A stretch of DNA of 64,000 nucleotides from Bacteroidota bacterium (lineage in GTDB: Bacteria > Bacteroidota > Bacteroidia > Chitinophagales > LD1): NCBI GenBank assembly GCA_947476645.1, contig CANJRM010000004.1:7533-71532 (forward strand), written 5' to 3'. Of this stretch, positions 40,014-49,948 are shown piece after piece (positions within the stretch are counted from its first letter, which is position 1; each line of letters starts with the position of its first letter). Below the pieces are notes generated by a model. The model was not told the origin of the DNA. It did no database searches and was given only the letters and a program-made list of their open reading frames with translations. Made by a program: the position numbers and the translations under genes.

Positions 40014-43000
40014 TTTACGGCAACCGCTTTTTGAGTTTGTGTGTAAAACAAAATTTTCTCTTTCACTTTTATTCCCGCCTCTTCGAGCCATTGAGCGTAA
40101 TCGCGCAACTGCTGTTGATATTCTGCTCTTTCATTTCCTGTTTTATAATCGAGCACTGTGGCTCCATCTTCAAACAATATCACTCTGTCGGGAATTCTGA
40201 TTTTTTCATTCTTCTTTAGTAGTTGACGTTCGTTTAAAACCGTTGCGGTGCCGTCAAAATATTTTTTCAAGTCAGGATGTTGAAGAATTGCTTTGAGTTG
40301 CTCACTTAAATTTGGCACATCAGTTTCTTCAATTACTCCTTCAGCAAGTAATGCGCGTAACACGGTTTTTTCATCACCTGCTTTCTGAATTCGTTTCAAT
40401 GCTTCGTGCAATAAATTGCCTTCATCTATTTTCTCTTTGCTTTTATCGTTCCACAATAAATCAACGCGCATTCTTATTTTAATGTTGGATGCAAGTAGAT
40501 TTTTTGCAGTGGTCTTTTCCTTTACAAATGAAGCGAGGGAAGCATGGCTGCCGCTTTTAAATATTTTCACAAACTCTTCATCACCAAAATTGTAATTACG
40601 GAAACCATCCCACAAGCCAATTCTTCTCAGGAATGAAATAAGAAGTGCAGTAACAGAATTGTTAGAGGGAGGTTCTTTCTTTTCTTCTTTCGAAAGAATA
40701 TAAAGTGCGTCTTCGGCACGCGTAGTTGCTACATAAAGAAGATTCAATAAGTCGAGAAAAGTTTTTTCCTCTTCCTTTTCATGCAACGGGGCAAACTCAG
40801 TTTCTAAAACATTTTTTGTATTGGGCAACAAACCGATGTGAAGCTGCGGCAGCCAGCTTTTCTGTACATCAATCCAAAATAAATCTTCTCCGCGCTTTTG
40901 CGTTTCGCTCGCATCGGCAAGAATTACAATCGGGAATTCCAATCCTTTCGATTTGTGAATGGTCATAATGCGCACGGCATCCATGCTTTCAGGATAGATG
41001 ATGCTCTTCTTGTCCTTTACTTTTCCCCACCAGTTTAAAAAATCGTCAATACTGTTTCCATAGCGGGAAGCGAAGAGCAAAACTTCATCTAAGAAAAATT
41101 GAACGAACGGGTCATCGTTTCCCAACTGAAAAATCTGAATGAGTTGATGAAGCAAATCGCTTAATCGTCCTGTGACTAAGTCGGTTGAATTGAAATCTAA
41201 TCCTGTTTGTTTGCGCACATATTCTTCAAACTCTAGGGCAGAAGTTTTCAAATCAATGGTTTCTAGATGAAGTTCTTTGTTCAACAGCAAGAAAGTAAAA
41301 TGTAAAATTTCAGCGCGCGCAATGTGATTGTCTTTTCTATTGAGATAGGAGAGAACCGCAATGAGCAAATGCACTTTTGGCGAATGATGAATAAGAAAGC
41401 TTTCAGGTGAAACAACTTTTATTCCTTTAGAAACGAGATAGGAAGCAATGAAACTCGCGTTAACGTTCGAGCGTGTAAGCACGGCTACATCTTTGTAATT
41501 GTATCCGCGTTTCAAAACATCGTGCACAATTTCTTCAACACGAAATGCGCGAACATCATTCAGTGATAAGTCGGCTTCTTCGTCTTCTTTCAAAAACTCG
41601 ATGCTTACAAAACCGCCATCATCTTTTCTTCCTTGTTTTTGAAAATAGTCGGTATAAATATTTTTGTTTTTTAGTTCAGGCAGTTCGAGCAATTCTTTGT
41701 AAAGCGAATTGTTGAAGTCAACAATTTCTTTTCTGCTTCTGAAATTATTCTCCAACGTAATTACACCGGCTCCGTAATTGTTGATGGCAATTTCTCGCCC
41801 TTTTAGAATCTCATCTCCATCGCTGCCATAAACTTTCGGCAATACGGTAAACTGCTCTACTTCACCACCACGAAAACGATAAATAGCCTGTTTGCCATCG
41901 CCCACCACCAAACTGTCTTCGCTTTTAAATTGTGAGTTTTCAATTAGCGGCAACAGATTCCTCCATTGAATCACAGACGTATCCTGAAACTCGTCAATCA
42001 GAATATTATCGTAGCGGTCGCCAATGCGTTCATAGATAATGGGTGCATCTTGCTCTTTCACAATCTCAAAAACCTTGTGTTGAAAATCGCTGATGTGAAG
42101 AATATTGTTTTCGGTTTTTACTTCGTCCATCAGCTTCTTTAAATCGGTAAGCAGAATGAAAGAATAGAAATTTTTGAGCAGCAAATCAGCAAGGAAATAG
42201 TCCTTCCCTTGTTTGCTCCAGAGTTGAGCGATGTTGTTGTAATGAACATGTAGTTGTGCTTTTTGCGGTTCTGTAATGGCAGAAGTTTTGCTCCATTTGT
42301 CATCGTTGATGGTAGCGCGCACATAACTATTTCCCAAAACATCATTGGGAAAATTGCCATCGGCATATTTGTTGAAGAAGCCAAACAAGCCGCTGGTGCC
42401 GTAATGGAAATCTTTAGCTGTAAGTCCGTTGGTAACAATAAAGTCAAATGCCTTTTTGCCTTCGTCAAATATTTTTTGTTCAAACGAAGTTTTGAAAGCA
42501 TAGAGTGAGATGCGTGCTTCGCGTAGTTCGTCAAACGAAACAAAACTCAGTTGCTGAATCTTTGGTTGCGCTTCATCAATGAATAATTGCTTTCCGAGTT
42601 TCGAAATTTCCTTTTCTACGTTCCAGCTTTTGCCGTCTTCAATTTTCGATTCTGCAAATTCCACAACAGCTTGTGTCACCTGCTGGTCTGTTTCATTCAA
42701 TCGGTCAAGTAATAACTGAATGGCTTCATTCAATAGTTCGTTGCTATCCATTTCAATTTCAAAGTTCATGGGCAAATGCAAATCGTAAGCAAACGAACGA
42801 ACGATGCGGTGAACAAAACTGTCAATGGTGCAAACCGAAATATCGGCATAGTTGTGCAACATGTTTCGAAGAATGATGGCTGCATCGTTTTTCAATTCAT
42901 TTTCGGTTTTGCCCGTTAGCTCACATAGTTCCTTATTGAGCGATTGATACTTGCTTTCGCTTTTAGATAGACCTTCGAGTGCTTCAATGATTCGCGTTTT

Positions 43001-43144
43001 CATTTCAGCAGCAGCTTTGTTGGTGAAGGTGATAGCAAGAATGTGCCTGAACTGCAAAGGAGATTTGAGCGCAAGTCGCAAATATTCCTTTACGAGCGTG
43101 TATGTTTTTCCTGAACCGGCAGAAGCTTTATAAATACGAAGCAT
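40010..43144 (-). CDS. UvrD-type helicase/nuclease, AddA-like
   Basis: ASAGSGKT, AITFTNKAAAEMK, IDEFQDTS, VGDGKQAIYRFRG, TIHKSKGLEF, YVATTRA, PDRV...DYKTG. Confidence 0.92.
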   Translation of the reverse strand: MLRIYKASAGSGKTYTLVKEYLRLALKSPLQFRHILAITFTNKAAAEMKTRIIEALEGLSKSESKYQSLNKELCELTGKTENELKNDAAIILRNMLHNYADISVCTIDSFVHRIVRSFAYDLHLPMNFEIEMDSNELLNEAIQLLLDRLNETDQQVTQAVVEFAESKIEDGKSWNVEKEISKLGKQLFIDEAQPKIQQLSFVSFDELREARISLYAFKTSFEQKIFDEGKKAFDFIVTNGLTAKDFHYGTSGLFGFFNKYADGNFPNDVLGNSYVRATINDDKWSKTSAITEPQKAQLHVHYNNIAQLWSKQGKDYFLADLLLKNFYSFILLTDLKKLMDEVKTENNILHISDFQHKVFEIVKEQDAPIIYERIGDRYDNILIDEFQDTSVIQWRNLLPLIENSQFKSEDSLVVGDGKQAIYRFRGGEVEQFTVLPKVYGSDGDEILKGREIAINNYGAGVITLENNFRSRKEIVDFNNSLYKELLELPELKNKNIYTDYFQKQGRKDDGGFVSIEFLKEDEEADLSLNDVRAFRVEEIVHDVLKRGYNYKDVAVLTRSNVNASFIASYLVSKGIKVVSPESFLIHHSPKVHLLIAVLSYLNRKDNHIARAEILHFTFLLLNKELHLETIDLKTSALEFEEYVRKQTGLDFNSTDLVTGRLSDLLHQLIQIFQLGNDDPFVQFFLDEVLLFASRYGNSIDDFLNWWGKVKDKKSIIYPESMDAVRIMTIHKSKGLEFPIVILADASETQKRGEDLFWIDVQKSWLPQLHIGLLPNTKNVLETEFAPLHEKEEEKTFLDLLNLLYVATTRAEDALYILSKEEKKEPPSNNSVTALLISFLRRIGLWDGFRNYNFGDEEFVKIFKSGSHASLASFVKEKTTAKNLLASNIKIRMRVDLLWNDKSKEKIDEGNLLHEALKRIQKAGDEKTVLRALLAEGVIEETDVPNLSEQLKAILQHPDLKKYFDGTATVLNERQLLKKNEKIRIPDRVILFEDGATVLDYKTGNERAEYQQQLRDYAQWLEEAGIKVKEKILFYTQTQKAVAVK

Positions 43145-43189
43145 GTGCGCAAAATAACCATTGCAGAACGCAATGTATGTGCGCGCTGA

Positions 43190-43849
43190 TTATTTTTTGT
43201 GAGATCTCAACATTTCTCTTCGTCCGTGTGGACCTTGCAACTTTTCGATAGCGAAACCAACTTCTTTCATCGCTCGTTGAACTGAAACCTTTGAGCAATA
43301 CGTAACCAAAATACCACCAGGTATTAGCGAGTCAAATATTTTTTGAAAAACTTCTGGCGTCCACATTTCAGGTTGGTGTTCCGGAGCAAAAGCATCGAAG
43401 TAAATCAGGTTGTAAGTTGGGGGTTGTGGGTTAAAGGTTATTAGTGAAGAGTCATTCTTCTTGAACGAAAAATGCTTTGTGATTTCGTGCCATTCCTTCC
43501 ATCTACACAAATGCAGCGAGTGATAAGGACCGTAACAAAATTCATAACCAAGTTGCTGCGTGTAGTTCAGTTCTTTGATAGTTTCAATTGGTAGGGGATA
43601 AGGTTCAATTGTTTCGTAGTGAATGTTGAGATTGCGTTTTTCTGCTTCGAGCATGGTGACTAAAGCATTCAAGCCTGTTCCGAAACCAACTTCGAAAATT
43701 TTGATTTCTTGTTGAGTGAAATAGTTCAATCCGCTTTTAATGCAAATGTGAATAGCTTCTTCAATAGCTCCTTGGCGTGAATGATACACCTCATTAAACT
43801 GCTCACTGAATAAAGTGTGCGAGCCGTCTTGTGTGGTAATGATGAGCAT
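43190..43849 (-). CDS. mnmD: tRNA mnm5s2U34 methyltransferase
   Basis: TQDGSHTL, YHSRQGA, EVGFGTGLN, YFDAFAP, QPEMW, GRREM. Confidence 0.92.
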   Translation of the reverse strand: MLIITTQDGSHTLFSEQFNEVYHSRQGAIEEAIHICIKSGLNYFTQQEIKIFEVGFGTGLNALVTMLEAEKRNLNIHYETIEPYPLPIETIKELNYTQQLGYEFCYGPYHSLHLCRWKEWHEITKHFSFKKNDSSLITFNPQPPTYNLIYFDAFAPEHQPEMWTPEVFQKIFDSLIPGGILVTYCSKVSVQRAMKEVGFAIEKLQGPHGRREMLRSHKK

Positions 43850-43891
43850 GATGTGGTAAAACTAAAAGGCAGAAGACGAGTAGTGAAAGAA

Positions 43892-44584
43892 TTATTTCTT
43901 CAATATCATCTTGAACCCGGTGCCGTGTATGTTCAACACTTCCACGTTAGGGTCGTCCTTCAAATACTTGCGAAGTTTGGCAATGTAAACGTCCATGCTT
44001 CTGCCAGCAAAGTAAGAGTCGGTGCCCCAAACTGCATTGAGAGCAACTTCGCGCTCTAGAATTCTTTCAGCGTATACCGCGAGCATTTTTAAAAGCTCCG
44101 ATTCCTTAGTGGTCAATTTAGTTTCCTTGGTTCCTATTTTCAACACGCGGAGCGTATTATCAAAATCAAACTTCCCTATACGGAATTGGTTTTGTGTGCT
44201 GGCTTCAGTTTTTGGCAAGCGTTTGAAAATATTTTCCATACGCAAACACAATTCGTCAACACTGAACGGCTTGGTCATATAATCATCGGCACCGAGTTTC
44301 AATCCTTCAATCGTATCTTCCTTCATAGCTTTTGCAGTAAGAAAAATAAGCGGAATGGTAGCGTTCATTCTGCGAATGTCTTTTGCTAGCGTAAAGCCGT
44401 CTTTCTTCGGCATCATTACATCGAGCAGACACAGGTCGTACTTATTTATTTTGAACTCCTGAAATCCTTCTTCTCCGTTGCGCTTTAAAACTACTTCGTA
44501 ATTTTTTTCTTCGAGCGCATCCTGCAAAATACTTCCGAGATTAATATCGTCTTCTACTAAGAGGATTTTCTTTTTGGTTGGCAT
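43892..44584 (-). CDS. rprY: OmpR-family response regulator (RprY-like)
   Basis: LLVEDD, LDVMMP, FLTAK, GADDYMTKPF, GRSMDVYIAKLRKYLKDD. Confidence 0.85.
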   Translation of the reverse strand: MPTKKKILLVEDDINLGSILQDALEEKNYEVVLKRNGEEGFQEFKINKYDLCLLDVMMPKKDGFTLAKDIRRMNATIPLIFLTAKAMKEDTIEGLKLGADDYMTKPFSVDELCLRMENIFKRLPKTEASTQNQFRIGKFDFDNTLRVLKIGTKETKLTTKESELLKMLAVYAERILEREVALNAVWGTDSYFAGRSMDVYIAKLRKYLKDDPNVEVLNIHGTGFKMILKK

Positions 44585-44655
44585 GTGGTTAAAGATTTTG
44601 GTTTTAGTTTAACACAACAAAACTATTCTTGTTTAAAATGACTGTTAACGCCTTA

Positions 44656-46245
44656 TCATTTATTAACAGAACTAAATGGAATAAGCATATCGAATCGGCT
44701 GCCTTTTCCCTGTTCACTGTCAACGCGAATATCTCCCCCGTGCGCACTCATAATCACCTGCACGTAACTTAGTCCTAAACCGAAGCCTTTTACATTGTGA
44801 ATGTTGCCGGTTGGAACGCGGTAAAATTTCTCAAACACTTTCTTTTGGTTCTCTTTCGAAATGCCAATGCCTTCATCTTGTATGCTTACGATAACACCCT
44901 TTGCATTATTTTTTGTACTCACGGTAATCTTTAGGCTATCGTCTTTTTTGTACTTAATGGCATTGTCAAATACGTTATAAAAAGCGTTGGTCAAATGGAA
45001 AATGTCGCCTTTTACGTTAGGATTTGTGGCAGCGAAATTTCTAAGCAATTCTCCGTTTTCGTTTTGAATGCGTAAATCAAGTGAGTCGCAAATGTCAGTG
45101 AGTAAGGTGTGAAGGTTCACATCTGCCAGTTTCAATTTAAATTCACCGCGGTCAAGTCGGGCTACTTGTAACACATTTTCAATGTGTCCGCTCAGTCGCT
45201 TATTTTCTTCCTCAATCATGGTAGCGTAATTCTGAATTTTCTCCTTGTTGTTCTGAACCTTTTCAGTCTTGAGCATTTGGCTTGCAAGCGAAATAGTAGC
45301 TACAGGAGTTTTGAACTCGTGCGTCATGTTATTGATGAAATCGGTTTTCAAATCATCTAATTTTTTCTGACGATAGATAACATAGAACGAGCCGCCAAAC
45401 GAAGCAAGAATGATAAAGATGAAAGAACCTGTAGCTGAAAGCATCAGCCACATGGACTGAAAAATGTAATTCTGTTTCTGAGGAAAGTTGACTACTAAGA
45501 AACCTGAGTTCTCGTATAAGTCATTAGGGAAAAGAGGAATGGAATAGAAATTAGTGGACTGTGCTTCTTCTTTGGTAACGGTGATATTTCCAAAAAGCAT
45601 TCCGTTTGCCCAATTGTCGAATACTGCATAATGGTAGGGCGTATTGATTCCCTCTTTGTGAAGTTCTTCGTTAAGCAACTTCTCAATCATTTCTTTATTC
45701 AGTCTTGTGCTTAGACATTTATCATCAAGCATAAACTGCATGGCCAAATCCTGAAACAAACGGTTATATTTTGAAAACTGCATTTCAATAATGTGCCGCT
45801 CACGATTGATATCGTTATGTGCCATATCTTTGTTGTCGCTTAACTCGTGCATTTTTTCTGCCTTCTCTTTAAGGTAAGTAATGCTTCCCATAAATTTTGA
45901 AACAAACCCTGCACTCGTATCGCTGAAACCAAATTTCATAGCGTGCTGTCCTACCGAATCAACCAGCGTAAACTTGGGCGAATACGTTTTAATCGTTTGT
46001 ACGGTATCGTACATCTTGTTGATGTTTCTACCAAAATCGTTTAGACCTGATGCAGCAAAATAATTGACCGCTTCATCGCGCTCTAATTGTCGGGCAGTAT
46101 TGCTTAAAGAAAGATAAACAGCTTGATCAAATTTTTCTTCGCGCACCGCGTAGCTTTGTTTTATCCATTTCCATTGAATATAGATAAGCCCTGTAAGTGC
46201 TATTGAAATAGCAATGATGATAATGTTGACGAGCCGTTTATTCAC
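44656..46245 (-). CDS. rprX: Sensor histidine kinase (RprX-like)
   Basis: Two TMs, KTDFINNMTHEFKTPVATI, FYRVPTGNIHNVKGFGLGLSYV. Confidence 0.85.
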   Translation of the reverse strand: MNKRLVNIIIIAISIALTGLIYIQWKWIKQSYAVREEKFDQAVYLSLSNTARQLERDEAVNYFAASGLNDFGRNINKMYDTVQTIKTYSPKFTLVDSVGQHAMKFGFSDTSAGFVSKFMGSITYLKEKAEKMHELSDNKDMAHNDINRERHIIEMQFSKYNRLFQDLAMQFMLDDKCLSTRLNKEMIEKLLNEELHKEGINTPYHYAVFDNWANGMLFGNITVTKEEAQSTNFYSIPLFPNDLYENSGFLVVNFPQKQNYIFQSMWLMLSATGSFIFIILASFGGSFYVIYRQKKLDDLKTDFINNMTHEFKTPVATISLASQMLKTEKVQNNKEKIQNYATMIEEENKRLSGHIENVLQVARLDRGEFKLKLADVNLHTLLTDICDSLDLRIQNENGELLRNFAATNPNVKGDIFHLTNAFYNVFDNAIKYKKDDSLKITVSTKNNAKGVIVSIQDEGIGISKENQKKVFEKFYRVPTGNIHNVKGFGLGLSYVQVIMSAHGGDIRVDSEQGKGSRFDMLIPFSSVNK

Positions 46246-46394
46246 GCGGCAAAGATATTTTTAGCACCGAATGTTGAACTATGCGCTTAACGTAAATTAG
46301 GGAGACCAGTTGGTTCACTATTTTCATTTCCTTTTATAGTTCTTGACTTTGCACCCTTCTAACATTTTTTATTTTGCACTCCAAACAAATAACT

Positions 46395-47366
46395 ATGGCA
46401 AAAGTTGAAACCGCTCTTACTAAAATGCTGAACATTGATTATCCCGTAATCATGGCTCCCATGTTTTTGGTGAGCAATGCAAGAATGGTGATAGAAGCGT
46501 GCAATGCAGGAATTGCAGGAGCCATTCCCGCTCTCAATTACCGCACCGATGCAGAGTTTAGAAAAGCGTTGGATGAAATAAAAGCAGCTACTGACAAAGC
46601 TTATGGCATTAACCTCATCACCAATAAATCGAACATGCGGTTAGAGGAGCAATTGAAAACCTGTGTAGAATATCGCGTGCCGTTTATTATTACATCACTT
46701 GGTTCACCACAAGGAGTTATCAATGTTTGTAAACCGCTCGGCATAAAAGTTTTTGCCGATGTGATTGATTTGGAGTATGCTAAAAAAGTAGAAGCCATGG
46801 GTTGCGATGCTATCATAGCTGTAAACAAAGAAGCAGGCGGACATGCAGGAAGAATTTCTCCGCGCGATTTAATTACCACGCTGGTTCAGCATTGTAAAAT
46901 CCCTGTTATATCAGCAGGCGGAGTAGGCAACGGCAAACAAATGAAGCAGATGCTCGATTACGGTGCTTGCGGAATTTCAATTGGCAGTCCGTTCATTGCC
47001 TCTACCGAAGCTCCTGTTACCGAAGATTACAAAATGGCTTGCGTAAATTATGGCGCAAAGGATATTGTAATGACCACAAAACTTTCGGGCACGCCATGCT
47101 CAGTTATCAATACCGATTATGTAAAGAAGATTGGCACGCAACAAAACTTTGTAGAAAAGTTTCTGAACAGCAATAAGAAAATTAAGAAGTGGACGAAGAT
47201 GATTACCTACTACAAAGGAATGAAGGCACTGGAGAAAGCAGCGTTCGGAGCTACGTATCAAACTATGTGGTGTGCGGGTCCTTCTATTGAGTATGTGCAT
47301 TCTATTCGCCCGGTGAAACAAATTGCCAATGAACTCACAAGTGAATTCGAAAACTCGCTGAACTAA
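46395..47366 (+). CDS. Nitronate monooxygenase / FabK-like flavin oxidoreductase
   Basis: PVIMAPM, EAGGHAG, PVISAGGVG, IGSPFIAS. Confidence 0.85.
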   Translation: MAKVETALTKMLNIDYPVIMAPMFLVSNARMVIEACNAGIAGAIPALNYRTDAEFRKALDEIKAATDKAYGINLITNKSNMRLEEQLKTCVEYRVPFIITSLGSPQGVINVCKPLGIKVFADVIDLEYAKKVEAMGCDAIIAVNKEAGGHAGRISPRDLITTLVQHCKIPVISAGGVGNGKQMKQMLDYGACGISIGSPFIASTEAPVTEDYKMACVNYGAKDIVMTTKLSGTPCSVINTDYVKKIGTQQNFVEKFLNSNKKIKKWTKMITYYKGMKALEKAAFGATYQTMWCAGPSIEYVHSIRPVKQIANELTSEFENSLN

Positions 47367-47387
47367 ATTTCTCTTTAATTACACTTC

Positions 47388-48467
47388 ATGTTGCTAGTCA
47401 AATTTATTACAAAGCGTTTCCTCAATGGCTTTTTTGTAATGATAGGTGTGGTGATTGCCATTTTCTTTCTGTTCAATATTCTTCCCGTTAATTCTGCGCG
47501 AATGACACTCGGTCAGCGTGCCGATGTATCTTCTGTGGCTGCTATTGAAAAAGAATTTCGTTTGAACCTACCATGGTATCAGCGACTTGCTCTTTACTTC
47601 AACGATATTTCTCCTGTGTCGCTCAATAATCAAAAGAATGAAGATGCGCCTTCGTATCTCAATGCCGATGAAGTAAAATTTACCTCGCTGTTTACTGTAG
47701 GTTCAGTTTCGCTGGTATTCAAAGCACCGTATCTTGGTAAATCATTTCAAACGCGAAGAAAGGTGAGTGAAATTCTTGGTGAGAAAATCTATCCCACTTT
47801 TGTGCTTGCGCTTTCGGCTATGTTGTTTGCATCGTTTGCAGGAATTATTCTCGGTGTGTTTGCCGCAGTGAAACAATACACGCTTTGGGATGATGCTATT
47901 CTGGTGCTTTCAACTTTCGGCATTTCGCAGCCTGCATATTTTTCAGGAATTATTCTTGCTATGATTTTCGGTTATTACCTCAGCGACTGGACTCACCTTA
48001 ACGTGCGCGGCTCACTTACCGATATTGATTACAACGGAGAAACCGTTACCATTTGGAAAAACCTTTGGCTTCCGATGTTTGCGTTGGGTGTTCGACCTGT
48101 GGCAATCATTACACAACTTACGCGCAGTTCAATGCTCGATGTGCTCAGTCAGGATTACATACGCACAGCAAAAGCAAAAGGGCTTAGTTATTATCAGGTG
48201 GTTTTTAAGCATGCACTTCGCAATGCGATGAATCCCGTGGTGACTTCCATTTCGGGTTGGCTTGCTGCTTTACTCACAGGAGCATTCTTCATCGAAAAGG
48301 TTTTTGATTACAAAGGTCTTGGATTACAAACTATCGAATCGCTTCTCTCATTCGATTTTCCGGTGGTAATGGGCAGCGTGCTTTTTGTTGCCTTTGTGTT
48401 TGTGGTGGTCAATATCTTCAACGATATTCTCTACTCGGTGCTTGACCCGAGAGTTACGGTAAAATAA
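47388..48467 (+). CDS. Peptide ABC transporter permease (DppB/OppB family)
   Basis: YLGKS, TRSSMLDVLSQDYIRTAKAKGL, HALRNA, DILYSVLDPR. Confidence 0.92.
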   Translation: MLLVKFITKRFLNGFFVMIGVVIAIFFLFNILPVNSARMTLGQRADVSSVAAIEKEFRLNLPWYQRLALYFNDISPVSLNNQKNEDAPSYLNADEVKFTSLFTVGSVSLVFKAPYLGKSFQTRRKVSEILGEKIYPTFVLALSAMLFASFAGIILGVFAAVKQYTLWDDAILVLSTFGISQPAYFSGIILAMIFGYYLSDWTHLNVRGSLTDIDYNGETVTIWKNLWLPMFALGVRPVAIITQLTRSSMLDVLSQDYIRTAKAKGLSYYQVVFKHALRNAMNPVVTSISGWLAALLTGAFFIEKVFDYKGLGLQTIESLLSFDFPVVMGSVLFVAFVFVVVNIFNDILYSVLDPRVTVK

Positions 48468-48500
48468 AAAGAGAGAATTTTATTGCGGTGATTAGAGATT

Positions 48501-48560
48501 TGTCATCCTGAGCTTGTCGAAGGATATTTTCGAATACGCTTCGACAAGCTCAGCGTGACA
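48501..48560. repeat. REP doublet (inverted arms) between convergent genes
   Basis: TGTCATCCTGAGCTTGTCGAAGG ... CGCTTCGACAAGCTCAGCGTGACA. Confidence 0.88.
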
Positions 48561-48568
48561 TAGTCTTA

Positions 48569-48760
48569 CTACTGACACTTATACCCTAACGATTCATAGT
48601 AACGATAGGCCTGATTATACGAATCATCGGAATAATCTTTCTTACACATTTCAAACTTGTCGTTCACATTTGGATACTTAGTGCAGGTAGTGCAGTTTTT
48701 GCAACTGTTGAAACTACAAGCGAGAAAAAGAGAAACTGTGATGACAAGAATTGATTTCAT
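48569..48760 (-). CDS. Small cysteine-rich lipoprotein
   Basis: Signal peptide, FNS-C then KNCTTC ... C ... terminal C; 63 aa. Confidence 0.7.
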   Translation of the reverse strand: MKSILVITVSLFLACSFNSCKNCTTCTKYPNVNDKFEMCKKDYSDDSYNQAYRYYESLGYKCQ

Positions 48761-48845
48761 AAAGTATGATATTGAAACCGAAGATAGAAAACTGTTTTAA
48801 AAACGGGAGAGGAGTTTGGTAAAGTTGAGATGCTATATTTAGCGC

Positions 48846-49412
48846 GTGAAAAAATTTCTGTTTGTATTTATTGCAATCGTTATTGGCTTGGGAGTTGGAG
48901 TATATCGCATTGCGAATATTGAAGGCAGCAAATCATTTTTTACTAATGGTAGCTGGACGGGCAGCCAGTCGTTGCCTCTCGGTAAAGATAATTTACTCAC
49001 TGCTCAGGTTTCTACCTTTGCTTTGTTTGCCCTGCCGAGCGAAGAAGCCATCTACCTTTTTGCAAGGCGCGATGAACAGCATGAAAAGCTCACAGGCGAA
49101 AACGATTACGTTATTGCCGGAAACGTTAACCAAATCAAAGCATACTACTGGAGCATTACGGCTTATGGAAAAGACTTGTATTTAATTCCTAACGAAGCCA
49201 ATCGTTTCTCTTTCAATAATTCAAACCTGCAAGCCGACAGCGCTGGAAATTTCTCTATTACTGTTTCCAGCAAAAAGCAAAGCGGCAACTGGTTGCCATC
49301 GCCTGAAGGTGCACGATTCAATTTAGTGATGCGCATTTATAAGGGCAAGAAAGATTTTGTAGAGCATTTGAATGAAGTTCCTCTTCCATCAATTAAACGA
49401 TTGACGAAATGA
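48846..49412 (+). CDS. DUF1214 domain protein
   Basis: EEAIY, YYWSITAY, LIPNEANRFS, GNWLP, LVMRIY. Confidence 0.8.
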   Translation: MKKFLFVFIAIVIGLGVGVYRIANIEGSKSFFTNGSWTGSQSLPLGKDNLLTAQVSTFALFALPSEEAIYLFARRDEQHEKLTGENDYVIAGNVNQIKAYYWSITAYGKDLYLIPNEANRFSFNNSNLQADSAGNFSITVSSKKQSGNWLPSPEGARFNLVMRIYKGKKDFVEHLNEVPLPSIKRLTK

Positions 49413-49924
49413 AAAACTATTTCAAATCGGCTTTGTGGTTTGCGGCAATTGTTTTTGCCACGCAGTATTTGTTTATTGCTTTGGTGCCCGATATTATTTT
49501 TGCTATTGCCAAACACCGTTCGGGTAAACCGTTGAACACGGTTATACAAGCCCCGCGCACAGATGCAAAACTTCGCAGAGTGGTTTTGCCCAATCCCGAT
49601 TTTGTTTACAATGCCTGCTTTTACGATGTAAGCAACAACGATTTGCTGATTACCGGTTTGTTTTCAGATTCTACGCAATACAGTTCGCTTGCTTTTTATG
49701 ACGATAACGTGCAGCCGTATTATGTCATGAACAACCTTCAGGGCTTCAAGAAAAAATATTCGGTGCGGCTTTCATCGGTGGGTAGAGAGAATGGTTGTAT
49801 AAGAACGCCATCGAAACAAGGCGCTATTTTAATGCGTGTGCTGGTGACTGATTCAGCGCAGTATGAAAAAGCAAAGCAATTGCAATCTGTTTTTAAAGTG
49901 CAATTGCTGCCGCAAAATAATTGA
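49409..49924 (+). CDS. DUF1254 domain protein
   Basis: VVLPNPDFVYNACFYDV motif; ATGA overlap with the DUF1214 gene. Confidence 0.78.
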   Translation: MKNYFKSALWFAAIVFATQYLFIALVPDIIFAIAKHRSGKPLNTVIQAPRTDAKLRRVVLPNPDFVYNACFYDVSNNDLLITGLFSDSTQYSSLAFYDDNVQPYYVMNNLQGFKKKYSVRLSSVGRENGCIRTPSKQGAILMRVLVTDSAQYEKAKQLQSVFKVQLLPQNN

Positions 49925-49948
49925 TAGATTTTAATTTCGAACTCATCT

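Noticed and set aside
37203-43144. Helicase-nuclease defence system
   Set aside because: Motifs and gene order fit housekeeping AddAB recombination enzymes
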